DNA from: Candidatus Omnitrophota bacterium
Lineage (GTDB): Bacteria > Ratteibacteria > UBA8468 > MWAK01
Assembly (NCBI GenBank): GCA_043797665.1
Contig: JAZDPL010000039.1
Span: 1 to 58,226, forward strand
Direction of reading: 5' to 3'
DNA: 58,226 nucleotides
In this document: one piece after another, positions 28,783-38,008 of the stretch
Layout: each line of letters starts with the position of its first letter
Numbering within the stretch: the stretch's first letter is position 1
Notes under the pieces: generated by a model
The model's input: the letters and a program-made list of their open reading frames with translations, nothing else
Database searches by the model: none
Told to the model about the DNA's origin: nothing
Made by a program: the position numbers and the translations under genes

Positions 28783-30126
28783 TCAACTATTATTCAGGAG
28801 GGAAGGAATTAACGAGGTTACGAAGGCAGGCAAAAAATAGACTTTGAACCCATTGGTGGATACTTCTGTCCAGTTATCTTTGTTTATTACCACCGCAAAA
28901 GGGGACTGGTATTGCTTAACAAAGGAAGAGACAGAAGCCGGGACCTTTTGTAGTGAGCCTGATTTGACCTCAATCGGAATCACTTTTTCGTCGGACCGCA
29001 GGATAAAATCTATTTCCGTCTGGTGCTGGGTACGCCAGTATAATATTTCCATACCCGGCTTTAAACTTTTTTTCAACTCATTGTAGACCGCGCTTTCCTG
29101 CAGGCGACCTTTGTCCAAACGCTGGTTGAAGGGAGAAAAGTTGTTGAGCAAACAATTTCTGATTCCATTGTCATAAAAAACCGTCTTTTTCTCCCGGGAG
29201 AGTTCTTTCCTTTTGTTGGTGTAGAAAGGGTTGAGCAGCCAGTTAACAAAGGTGTTCTCCAGGATAAAGAGAGCCTTTTCCAATTCTTTCCGGGACAGAC
29301 GCAGGGTATTTGACAAGGAATGAATATTGCTCAGCGAGGAACTTTCCTCTGCCAGGAGAACCATAAGTTTGTTAAAAACCGAAAGGTTTTCTGAACCCAC
29401 CAACCCTTTAATATCCTTCTGAAGATAAGAACTGCAGATTTCTTCCAGGAGTGCCCGACGTTCCCGGAAGTCTGGTTCTAAGATTATCTTAGGCATTCCG
29501 CCCCAAACCGTGAACTCTTCAAACAGCCGGACAAAGATACTGCGCAATGGAACGCTGAGGGGTTTTATAACGTTGACTTCTTCAAAGTAGGCCGCCTCTT
29601 TAAGGTTTTGAAAACGGAGAAATTCCACAAAGGTCAGAGGGAAGATATTGATAACGCGTTTTCTGCCCACCAGTGACTCTTGAAGGTTTTTCTGGATTTC
29701 CACCGAAGAGGAGCCGGAAGCAACGGTCTTAATTTGAGGAAAGTTGTCAATGATTGCTTTCAGGAATTTACCCGCCTGGGGGATATATTGAAACTCGTCG
29801 ATAAAGAGATAAAGATAATTGGATGAGATCCTTCGCTGACACTCAGGATGACATACTACGTCATTTTGGATAGGCTCGGTTGTAAGTCTTACTCCTTGTG
29901 CGGTCAAATACTCCAAAAAGCCTTCCGGACCATTGGAGAAGAGGGACAGGTGGGAGGGCAATTCTAAATTGAAATAATAGGTTTTTTGGTCCTCTTTTTT
30001 CAGGTCTTCTTCTATCTTCTTTATCAGCGTGGTTTTTCCCACTTGCCGACTTCCGGTCAGAATCAGGCAGGGTTCTTTATTAAGGGTTGCCTTCAGATAC
30101 TCTAAAATTTCCCGCTTTATATACAT
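28783..30126 (-). CDS. AAA_14 ATPase with DUF4143 C-terminus
   Basis: GSRQVGKTT, IDEFQ, SGSS, GGMP, EIDFI..PIEVKS; start MYIKRE; contains a repeat-derived insert. Confidence 0.85.
   Translation of the reverse strand: MYIKREILEYLKATLNKEPCLILTGSRQVGKTTLIKKIEEDLKKEDQKTYYFNLELPSHLSLFSNGPEGFLEYLTAQGVRLTTEPIQNDVVCHPECQRRISSNYLYLFIDEFQYIPQAGKFLKAIIDNFPQIKTVASGSSSVEIQKNLQESLVGRKRVINIFPLTFVEFLRFQNLKEAAYFEEVNVIKPLSVPLRSIFVRLFEEFTVWGGMPKIILEPDFRERRALLEEICSSYLQKDIKGLVGSENLSVFNKLMVLLAEESSSLSNIHSLSNTLRLSRKELEKALFILENTFVNWLLNPFYTNKRKELSREKKTVFYDNGIRNCLLNNFSPFNQRLDKGRLQESAVYNELKKSLKPGMEILYWRTQHQTEIDFILRSDEKVIPIEVKSGSLQKVPASVSSFVKQYQSPFAVVINKDNWTEVSTNGFKVYFLPAFVTSLIPSLLNNS
29825..29853. repeat. Half copy of the TGTCATTC-type repeat inside the ATPase gene
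   Basis: GAGATCCTTCGCTGACACTCAGGATGACA, read in frame as CHPECQRRIS. Confidence 0.8.
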
Positions 30127-30206
30127 AATTTTACCGGATTCAGTAAATCTCACTAGTGATATTTATAGTTTACGCCAATTTTCAGCAAATGTCAAGCTGG
30201 TCTGCC

Positions 30207-31247
30207 TTAGGTCAGGAAATGGGAGGGGCGGTGTCCGCAGAGGAATTCGCCTGCGGTCATCTTCCTTTTGCCGGCAGGCTGTAATTGGGTAATTAAGAGA
30301 GCGGTCTCACCGCCGCAGGCGACCAGAATCCCGGTTTTGTCCGCTTTCAGGACCGTACCGGGTGTTATCCCCCCCACCTTTCCTCCCCCCTCTCCCGATT
30401 CAACGGGAAGGGGACCCGCATCAAGGGGGAGGAAAATGTAGGGGTCGGATTTATCCGACCCGCGGGCTCGATGAATCGAGCCCCTACTTTCTTCTGAGGG
30501 GGAGACAACTGCCTGCCAGATAATTACTGGAGCCGGGCTATCCGGCAGAAAGGTATAGGCGTGGGGCCATTGGACAAAGGCGCGTACCTTTGCTGAAATT
30601 TCATTTGCATCCTTACCCCAGTCAATTTTTCCTTCCTCTTTCTTTATCTTTGGCGCGTAGGTGGCGTCCGCTTCTTTCTGGTCGACAAAAAAGGCAATGC
30701 CTTTCTCTATCTGCGCTATTCCTTTTACGGTCAGGTCTGCGCAGGGTTCTGCCAAACGATCGGTCAGCGTTACCGCATCGTCTTCCGGAAGTATGGGTAA
30801 TTTTTCCTGGATAAGAATCGGTCCGGCGTCCATCCGTTCCGTAATTCTGATGACCGTTACGCCGGTCTCGGTCTCCCGGTTTAAGAGCGCCCGCTCTATC
30901 GGTGCGGCGCCCCGGTATTTCGGCAGAAGCGACGGGTGGATGTTGAGAATATTCTTACCGGGGATTTCCAGAATTCCTCTTTTAATCATCTGGCCAAAGG
31001 CGGCGACCAAAATAATATCCGGCGGGCACTGATTTATCTGTCTGATGAAATCAGTCTGATTGATGTCCGGAGTGGTCAGGACCGGCAGGTTCAGAGAGAG
31101 TGCTAATTCCTTGACCGGTGTGGCGCGGGTTTTCAACCCCCGGCCGGCCGGTTTGTCCGGCGCGGTCACCACCAGAACCACCCGGTCCGCTAACCTTCGC
31201 AATGCCGGTAGACCAATCTCGCCGCTTCCCACAAACAAAATTTTCAT
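30207..31247 (-). CDS. fmt: Methionyl-tRNA formyltransferase with a repeat-derived insertion
   Basis: PDKPAGRG, NIHPSLLPKYRGAAPI, MDAGPI, TYAPKI.KEEG.IDW, LQPAGKR.M. Confidence 0.93.
   Translation of the reverse strand: MKILFVGSGEIGLPALRRLADRVVLVVTAPDKPAGRGLKTRATPVKELALSLNLPVLTTPDINQTDFIRQINQCPPDIILVAAFGQMIKRGILEIPGKNILNIHPSLLPKYRGAAPIERALLNRETETGVTVIRITERMDAGPILIQEKLPILPEDDAVTLTDRLAEPCADLTVKGIAQIEKGIAFFVDQKEADATYAPKIKKEEGKIDWGKDANEISAKVRAFVQWPHAYTFLPDSPAPVIIWQAVVSPSEESRGSIHRARGSDKSDPYIFLPLDAGPLPVESGEGGGKVGGITPGTVLKADKTGILVACGGETALLITQLQPAGKRKMTAGEFLCGHRPSHFLT
30369..30487. repeat. Compound palindromic insertion in fmt (C/G-run hairpin plus GTAG REP doublet)
   Basis: 30369-30433 nested CCCC/GGGG hairpins; 30438-30487 GTAGGGGTCGGATTTATCCGACCCGCGGGCTCGATGAATCGAGCCCCTAC. 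Confidence 0.85.
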
Positions 31248-31295
31248 ATATGGTCGTTAATACAAACGCATTAAATAGATTTACATCATAAAACT

Positions 31296-31345
31296 GCAGG
31301 GGCTTGATTCATCAAGCCCGCGGGCGCCATGAATGGCGCCCCTAC
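31296..31345. repeat. GTAG-type REP doublet (flanked by a 14-bp inverted repeat)
   Basis: GCAGGGGCTTGATTCATCAAGCCCGCGGGCGCCATGAATGGCGCCCCTAC. Confidence 0.85.
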
Positions 31346-31374
31346 GTTAAATAATTTAATGCGTTTGATTCGTT

Positions 31375-32433
31375 TTATCTTTTGCCGTATTTTTTGACCA
31401 GGTCAAAATAATAGAGCGCGTTGTCTATGGGGATGTTTGCCGGAATATGGTTGCCTACCGCCATAATGAAACCCGGGCAGGTCTTGGCAACATCCATACA
31501 CCTTTTGACCTCTCTCTCAATATCTTCTTTCGTGTTAAAGGTCAAAATCCGGCAGTCAGCGTTGCCCACAATGACGTGGGTCTTGCCGTACTTTTGCACA
31601 ATCAGTTCCAGGCTGGTCAGCGGTTCAAAAATAAAGCCGTCTGCACCGGCCGAAGCGATGTCATCCACAAACTCGGTAAAGTTCCCGTCGGAACAGAATA
31701 AGATCTTTATCCCCTTTTCTTTGAGCGGTTGCCACAACTTTTTGTACCTGGGAAAGACATACTTCCGGTACCACTCAGGTTTAAAGATGGCGCCCCGGGT
31801 CCAGACCATATCGTCGTGGGAGACGAAGACCTTGATGTCGGTTCCTGCCCAGGCTTTGATGTTGGCTAAAGTAAGTTGAAAAAACCCTTCCAGAACGTAT
31901 TCGCCAAACCGCTCCGGGTCAGTGCCCACACCCAAAAGAAACATATCCCAGCCAAAGGACTGGATACACCCGGAGACGATGGTCTTGTAGTATCCGCCCG
32001 GGAAGACCATGTCGGGGTAATTCTTCTGTCCTTCTAAATAGTTTTGCTGAAAGTATTTAGCCCGTTCGGCAATGTCCGGCAAGCCGTACTCTTTAGCCGC
32101 ATCGAAGGAAAGGACCTCTTCCGGAGTTTTGAAAGGGCAGACCAGATTGTCCCGGAAGTCAGTGCCGCCTTCCATATAGACCGCGTGTCCCATATCAGTG
32201 ATCCGACCCAAATCCGGCCAGGCTACCGGGCCGTCATTATTGTTCCACAGGAAGTCAAAGTTCAGTTCCTGATAGAACTTCTGACGGGCTTTTTTCTGTT
32301 CTTCCGGGTCTTTGCTGAGCGGGTCAAAGCCGGTGATGTGGCGCACCAGAGTGGTGTGGTCGCAGTACTCGGTCCGGCCCACCCGTTCCGGCATCTGCAG
32401 GTTCATTATCTCCATCCCTATCTCATACGACAT
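31375..32433 (-). CDS. URO-D/MtaA superfamily protein
   Basis: SHDDM, YVFPRY, FCSDG, FEPLT, GNADCR, AVGNHIP; paralog of 14102..15199. Confidence 0.78.
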   Translation of the reverse strand: MSYEIGMEIMNLQMPERVGRTEYCDHTTLVRHITGFDPLSKDPEEQKKARQKFYQELNFDFLWNNNDGPVAWPDLGRITDMGHAVYMEGGTDFRDNLVCPFKTPEEVLSFDAAKEYGLPDIAERAKYFQQNYLEGQKNYPDMVFPGGYYKTIVSGCIQSFGWDMFLLGVGTDPERFGEYVLEGFFQLTLANIKAWAGTDIKVFVSHDDMVWTRGAIFKPEWYRKYVFPRYKKLWQPLKEKGIKILFCSDGNFTEFVDDIASAGADGFIFEPLTSLELIVQKYGKTHVIVGNADCRILTFNTKEDIEREVKRCMDVAKTCPGFIMAVGNHIPANIPIDNALYYFDLVKKYGKR

Positions 32434-32460
32434 ATGCCTCCAATTTTACTCCCCATTTTT

Positions 32461-32510
32461 GTAGGGGTTTGATTTATCAAACCCGCGGGTCGGATAAATC
32501 CGACCCCTAC
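32461..32510. repeat. GTAG-type REP doublet
   Basis: GTAGGGGTTTGATTTATCAAACCCGCGGGTCGGATAAATCCGACCCCTAC. Confidence 0.9.
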
Positions 32511-32519
32511 GGCGTTATA

Positions 32520-33482
32520 TTATGTCAGGCGGATGCGCGGGTCGTTGAAAGCCAGAAGGATGTCCGCGACCAGGTTCCCAATCACTAAAAGGATACCGCC
32601 GAAGAAGAGCGAAGCCATAACTACATAAAGGTCCTGGCTCATCACCGCGGTCAGCAGTAACTGCCCTAAGCCGGGCCAGGATAAAATAATTTCCACCAGC
32701 GCCACTCCGGAGATGAGCCCGGAGAGTTCGTATCCGAAGAGCGTAATCAAAGGGTTAAGGCTGTTCCGGAAGACATGGCGGTAGACCTTTCCTTCCGGAA
32801 GTCCCTTACCCCGTAACGCGGTCACAAACGGAGCGGAGAGGTTCTCCATAAAGTTTGCCCGGGTCACCCGCAGGAGTCCGCCAAACCCGGTGAGAGTTAA
32901 AACCAGGGCGGGCAGACTTAAGTGCCAGAGTCTGTCTGCCATTCTTAGTCCAAAAGGAAGTTTTTCCGCAAAGATACTTTCCGTACCACCTAAGGGGAAT
33001 AACCCGGTTCGGGCAGCCAAAACCAGAAAGAGAAGCGCTAAAAAGAAAGAAGGGAAAGAGATGCTGGCAAAGGCGGCCGCGGAGATAATTTTGTCCGGGA
33101 GCCGGTTAGCCCTGACCGCAGCCAGGACCCCTAAAGGAACGCTGAACAGCCAGGTTAAGACAAGGGTAGTAAACGAAAGGAGCAGGGTATTGGCTAACCT
33201 TTGCCGGATGATGTCTATTACCGGGATATGGTAAACAAAAGAGACCCCTAAGTTAAGGGTAAAGAGGTTTTTGAGCCACTTCAGGTATTGGATGACCAGG
33301 TTCTGGTCCAGACCAAACTCTTTCCGCATCATCTGCAGGGTCTGGGGGGAAATCTGGGGGTCCAGGGACATTTTGGTGAAGTAGTCGCCCGGTGCCAGAT
33401 GGAGGACCAGAAAGGAGATGAAGGTCATCCCGAAGATAAGGGGGATAAGATGTAAAAACCGTTGTCCTACGTATCGCCACAT
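32520..33482 (-). CDS. Peptide/nickel ABC transporter permease (DppB/OppB-like)
   Basis: LAPGD, GLDQ..QY..W, TALRGKGL (EAA-like), RNSLNP, WPGLG, DPRIR; start MWRYV. Confidence 0.9.
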   Translation of the reverse strand: MWRYVGQRFLHLIPLIFGMTFISFLVLHLAPGDYFTKMSLDPQISPQTLQMMRKEFGLDQNLVIQYLKWLKNLFTLNLGVSFVYHIPVIDIIRQRLANTLLLSFTTLVLTWLFSVPLGVLAAVRANRLPDKIISAAAFASISFPSFFLALLFLVLAARTGLFPLGGTESIFAEKLPFGLRMADRLWHLSLPALVLTLTGFGGLLRVTRANFMENLSAPFVTALRGKGLPEGKVYRHVFRNSLNPLITLFGYELSGLISGVALVEIILSWPGLGQLLLTAVMSQDLYVVMASLFFGGILLVIGNLVADILLAFNDPRIRLT

Positions 33483-33645
33483 CGTAACTATTTTACCCTG
33501 CCTCACCCCCACCGTCAAACCCATCAGTATAATTATGTCTTGCAATTTATGTATTCGTTAATTCTAATACATATAAGCATTTGGAATAAATTGGAGGGAT
33601 TATTGGCAGGGGGTAGCGGATAGGACGCTGGTTTTTGGAGATTAT

Positions 33646-34812
33646 CTAAGGGAAAATAGCGGCGACACTTTTCCAATTGAGCACCTGGGCTAAGGTTCTT
33701 TTTTGATTTTCGTCTCCGTTATATATTAAAAATGAGCCGTTACTTTCTCCCCCAGCCAGGATTTCCCAGTATTTCAATCCTTTAAAAAAGTCCTCCGTAA
33801 TGGTTTTGCCGGACTTTATTTCTACCCGGAGTAGTGCGTCGGGCATTTCTATTATGCAGTCAATTTCGTGGCCGGTTTTATCTTTCCAGTAATAACAACT
33901 TGGTTCCATCCCCCGGTTGAGTCTATATTTTATTATTTCTGATAAAATAAAGGTTTCAAAGAGACTTCCTTTTAGATAATGGACCGAAATCTGCGCCTTA
34001 TTCTGAATACCCAGAAGGGCGCAAACCAGGCCGGTATCGTAGAAATATAGTTTGGGCATCCTTATTAAACGTTTGTTAAAATTCTTATAATAGGGTTTTA
34101 AGAGATAAATGATGTAACTGGACTCAAGAACTGAAATCCATGCTTTTGCGGTATTATGTGTGATTCCGCAATCGTTGCCCAAAGACGATAAATTAAGTGC
34201 CTGGCCGGTTCGACCAGCACACATCCTTACGAATTTCTGGAAAGTATTCAGGTCTGAGATATTCTTTATCAATCGGGCGTCCCTTTCTATATATGTCTGA
34301 ATGTAATTTGGATACCAGTCGTGAGGAGGGATTTTTCGATCATATATTCGGGGATAAAATCCTTTTAAGATATAATCCTCTGAATTAGGCATTTCATAGG
34401 AAGTTCCTATTAATTCTTCCAGACTTAGCGGTGCCAGAGTTAAAAGCGCGGTACGTCCGGCTAAAGTTTGAGATATTTTTTCCTGGAGCAGAATATTTTG
34501 TGAACCGGTAAGAATGAATTGTCCTCCCGTTTGTCGTTTATCAACCATGGTCTGAATGTAGGAAAGGAGATGGGGTACTCTTTGGACTTCGTCGATGATG
34601 GCCCCTTTGTGATGGGTGGAAAGAAAACCTCGCGGGTCACTGAGGGCAAATTCTCTGGTGTCTAAATCTTCCAGAGACACGTATGGCATTTGTGGGAAGG
34701 CCATTTTTACCAGGGTTGTTTTGCCTGACTGTCGGGGTCCCACTACGGTAATAACCGGGAATTTCCGCGCTAAAGTTTTTAATTTTGTGGACAGGATTCG
34801 TTTAATCAGCAT
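33646..34812 (-). CDS. AAA_14 ATPase with DUF4143 C-terminus
   Basis: GPRQSGKTT, IDEVQ, LTGSQ, GFYP, PKLYFYDTG, EIDC..VEIKS. Confidence 0.9.
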   Translation of the reverse strand: MLIKRILSTKLKTLARKFPVITVVGPRQSGKTTLVKMAFPQMPYVSLEDLDTREFALSDPRGFLSTHHKGAIIDEVQRVPHLLSYIQTMVDKRQTGGQFILTGSQNILLQEKISQTLAGRTALLTLAPLSLEELIGTSYEMPNSEDYILKGFYPRIYDRKIPPHDWYPNYIQTYIERDARLIKNISDLNTFQKFVRMCAGRTGQALNLSSLGNDCGITHNTAKAWISVLESSYIIYLLKPYYKNFNKRLIRMPKLYFYDTGLVCALLGIQNKAQISVHYLKGSLFETFILSEIIKYRLNRGMEPSCYYWKDKTGHEIDCIIEMPDALLRVEIKSGKTITEDFFKGLKYWEILAGGESNGSFLIYNGDENQKRTLAQVLNWKSVAAIFP

Positions 34813-34891
34813 AAAAACATTATATCTTCTTTCGGACAAATTGTCAATCTCATTGACAATCTGTCCGGTCCTAATTAGACTCTGTAGAAAG

Positions 34892-36337
34892 CTATTTAAC
34901 CACCAGGCAATCTACGTTTAAGATTTCGGCTAAGTCTATTAATTCCTCAGTGACCTCATCGTGAACGATTGCCCAGTGCTGGGTTATACCGGTCATTACA
35001 ATTTGGGTAAAAAACTCTTTTAAAGGGACCTTCAGTTTGACTAAGATATGGGGGGAACCTTCCAAGAAAATTTTCCCGGCCACTGCCTCGCCGGAAGTGA
35101 TGACAAACTTAAATTTCTCTGTGTCACAAAAGATACTCAAAAGGGTTACCTTACCTCCTTTTGCCCTGAAGAGCATACTGGCGGTTTCTGGTTCTACCTC
35201 GCAGTATTCGTAATCCGGTACAATCCTTACCATAATGTCATTGCACGGCAATCTCAACTCCTCTTTTCTCTCCCTTTCCGCCAGTCTGATATCCATCATA
35301 CCAGCATGCCCAGCCAGAATAGCATTCTCCTTTTCGTCAAAGGTAAAGATTTCCGCATACATGGTTGGCTTGCCGGTAAGCCTTTTCAAGATGAGGAGCG
35401 CCACAGCAGCACCGACATCTCCTTCCATACTGACCACTGCCTTTTCAAAAATAGATGGTACCGAAAGGCAGGGACGTAAGCCGATAACCTGATGAAGTTC
35501 TTCGTCTAAATCCTGTAAAGCCAGGCAATCCAACCGGAACTCATTTATTACTTCAGCCAGACCTAACGAAGCCTTGGCCGCTTTAAATAAAGCCGCATCA
35601 GAAACGCCACAGACACGGTAATTATCTTTCAGCTTTTTTATATACTCCTCAGTTTTCTTTTCCGGAATGGTTTCCACAATTTTAGCATACTGCCGGACCG
35701 AGATATGTTCAACCTGAGGTCCAATCTCTTTCTTAAGCCGGGGTTCATCTACAAAGGTGCCGGACATCGCCCGGCAGGGTCCAGGCAAAAGCCCAATTCT
35801 GACTTTCTTCAAGTCAGAAGCCAATTTTGCCGTATAACTGTAATTGATGATAGTTTTAATTGTCTCTCGGTTTTCCGGGGAACCAAAGGCGAAGCCGAAT
35901 TTCCGGCCTAATCTTCTTAACGGGCCGCTTGCCTGGACCGTGGCTACCGGTCCGCTCCGCCGGAAGAGTTCTGCCATATTCAGGTTTTTCGGTATCCTGG
36001 CAGACGGAGTATAGCACCACAGAAGAATCGGCGTGTGCGGAAATTTTTTGAGAAAGTCTAAAAAAAGATAGTCCTCTCCCCACATCAGGTAACAGACCAG
36101 AATGAGGTCAATCTGAGCCTGTTGAAAAGTTTTGGTCGCTTCCCCGATTCTCTCTGCAGAATTTACTATCCCCGGATTGATAACTTCTAACTCTTTTCCG
36201 AGAGCCTGAACAATATAGTGGCTATCTTCGATTAGCCGGTGGGGTAGGTCCTGGTAGAGACCTTTGTGGGCGCCGATTTGCTTAAACCATTCGCCCGTAA
36301 GCAATAAAAAACCCACCCTTGGTTTATCTCTTTTCAT
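34892..36337 (-). CDS. L-fucose/L-arabinose isomerase-family protein
   Basis: MEGDV, Y.E, GHAG, G.VTLL, GITQHWAI pattern. Confidence 0.7.
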   Translation of the reverse strand: MKRDKPRVGFLLLTGEWFKQIGAHKGLYQDLPHRLIEDSHYIVQALGKELEVINPGIVNSAERIGEATKTFQQAQIDLILVCYLMWGEDYLFLDFLKKFPHTPILLWCYTPSARIPKNLNMAELFRRSGPVATVQASGPLRRLGRKFGFAFGSPENRETIKTIINYSYTAKLASDLKKVRIGLLPGPCRAMSGTFVDEPRLKKEIGPQVEHISVRQYAKIVETIPEKKTEEYIKKLKDNYRVCGVSDAALFKAAKASLGLAEVINEFRLDCLALQDLDEELHQVIGLRPCLSVPSIFEKAVVSMEGDVGAAVALLILKRLTGKPTMYAEIFTFDEKENAILAGHAGMMDIRLAERERKEELRLPCNDIMVRIVPDYEYCEVEPETASMLFRAKGGKVTLLSIFCDTEKFKFVITSGEAVAGKIFLEGSPHILVKLKVPLKEFFTQIVMTGITQHWAIVHDEVTEELIDLAEILNVDCLVVK

Positions 36338-36950
36338 CGGTATTTCTTCCAGGTTTCAACCATCGTTTCTACCCCCTCCCAGGGTGTATCGGGAAATAAC
36401 CCGTCAACCGGGTGAAGGATAAAACGGTTGGTTGGTCCTAAGATATCCAGAGCGCGGCTTACCTCTTTCCCCGTTCCACCACCATATCCACGCCATCTGT
36501 TGCCGCGGCCAATTGCGTTCGCGCCAAATCAGTCCCGGCAATAATGTCAATCAGTTCTCCGAAGGCCTTCGGCTCATCCATCGCCAACATTACTGCACCC
36601 TGGGTACCGGCCAACCAGACGACCGCATCCATCCCAAAGGCTGACCAGGCCTGAACCGCCACTTCATTTTGGTCAACAAACCCTTTTACTCTTTTCATCC
36701 TTTCCGAAAACCAAGACCTGGCCTCTGTGTCTGGTGGCTGGAAAAGGTACCGGATTACCGGTACATCGGATACTTTACTCACTGCATGTTCTACTGCCCT
36801 GGGGATATTGTAATCTTCAAATAAGGGTACGTAATCGGGCTGGATGACCCAACCAGAACCCGGGTCTTCTCCTGTCTTACGAACCGCATGACGCAAAGGT
36901 CCGAAAGGAGTCCGGTATTCCCGCACCATTACCGGATATCTTGTTGCATA
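36334..36950 (-). pseudogene. URO-D-like gene remnant (5' end lost, internal deletion with frameshift)
   Basis: REYRTPFG...DMVVERG is joined out of frame to KEVSRALDILGPTNRFILHPVDGLFPDTPWEG...KKYR*; that stop overlaps the isomerase ATG. Confidence 0.7.
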
Positions 36951-36953
36951 GGC

Positions 36954-36997
36954 ATCTCCTTCTTCCCCCTTTGAAAAAGGGGGATTGAGGGGGATTT
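36954..36997. repeat. CCCCCTT..AAGGGGG palindromic element
   Basis: TCCCCCTTTGAAAAAGGGGGATTGAGGGGGATTT at the truncation point of the pseudogene. Confidence 0.65.
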
Positions 36998-37034
36998 CTT
37001 TTATACCGGAAATTATAGTAAAGAAAAAGAAACA

Positions 37035-37063
37035 TTGACAAAATCTTTTATTTTCGGTATACT
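37035..37063 (+). promoter_or_regulatory. Sigma70 promoter (leaderless transcript)
   Basis: TTGACA-17 nt-TATACT; 4 nt separate it from the ATG at 37068. Confidence 0.65.
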
Positions 37064-37067
37064 TTTG

Positions 37068-37256
37068 ATGAAATTAGATAAACTCCAAAGAAAAGAATTG
37101 GCAAAAGCACTATACGATGTTGGTAAATTAATTCTAACAGTTTTGGTTCTGGGGCAATTAATAGGAAAAGTAGTAAATATTTTTGCTTTCTCACTTGGTA
37201 TAGCCATTTTTATTGCTTGTTTTATAGAAGCAACTATTTTAAATAAGGAGGAATGA
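37068..37256 (+). CDS. Small two-TM membrane protein
   Basis: MKLDKLQRKELAKALYDVGKL followed by two hydrophobic segments; AT-rich. Confidence 0.6.
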   Translation: MKLDKLQRKELAKALYDVGKLILTVLVLGQLIGKVVNIFAFSLGIAIFIACFIEATILNKEE

Positions 37257-37357
37257 AAATGTTGGGACTTAATATTTTTTTGGGTGGAATTCTGCTTTTT
37301 GTCCTTATTTTTGGCGGCATGGCAATTTATCAAATGAGACATAAGAAGACAATGTAA
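37253..37357 (+). CDS. Small single-TM peptide (32-34 aa)
   Basis: AAGGAGG RBS and ATGA overlap; MKMLGLNIFLGGILLFVLIFGGMAIYQMRHKKTM. Confidence 0.5.
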   Translation: MKMLGLNIFLGGILLFVLIFGGMAIYQMRHKKTM

Positions 37358-37456
37358 ATCCATAAGTTTTGGATGCATTTTCTTTGGAAATAATGTATGT
37401 CTCAGGAGTTTTCCCATTCCAGACCGCCAGTATCCTCTCTTTTGACGTCATCGGCC

Positions 37457-38008
37457 TTATTCTGCAACCGCCCGGATAAATTCCTCAGCCTTTTGATCTA
37501 TTTCTGTGTCGTCAGAAGTGGCGGTAATACCGAATCCGGCTCCCAGTCCCCGGTCGGAAACGCCAATGCTGACGTTGATGGACCGGCCCAAAATGTCGTC
37601 GGTCCGGGGCAGCATTCCTTTCTTATACTCTACCTTACTCTTGTAATACGGGCAGGTAAAGGGACATTGCTCCGGAGTTACGGTAAGTTGGTTCAGAATC
37701 TGTTCCATATTGTTGTAAACGTGCCAGCCAGATTGGTCAACCGTCCCAGTTTTTAGTACCTGGGCGACCTTCTGCGCCTTCTCTCTGGTAGGGAGGATGA
37801 CCGTAAGAATAGTGGCGCACTCGCCGGCCGGGTCGTTAATCTTGCGGAACTCAAAGTCCCCGCAGCCGGTTATTTTCTCTTTGAATCTGGCTTTCTTTTC
37901 GCGCATTATCTTTACAATCCTGTCTAATTTCCGTAACTGGCCCAAAAGGACCGCCGCGGTCAGTTCGGTCATCCGGAAGTCCAGGCCGATGAAGGGCCGT
38001 TTACCCAC
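37457..38008 (-). pseudogene. DegT/DnrJ/EryC1/StrS aminotransferase, C-terminal fragment
   Basis: GLDFRMTELTAAVLLGQL.KLD and downstream pattern; the N-terminal PLP-binding half is missing. Confidence 0.7.
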
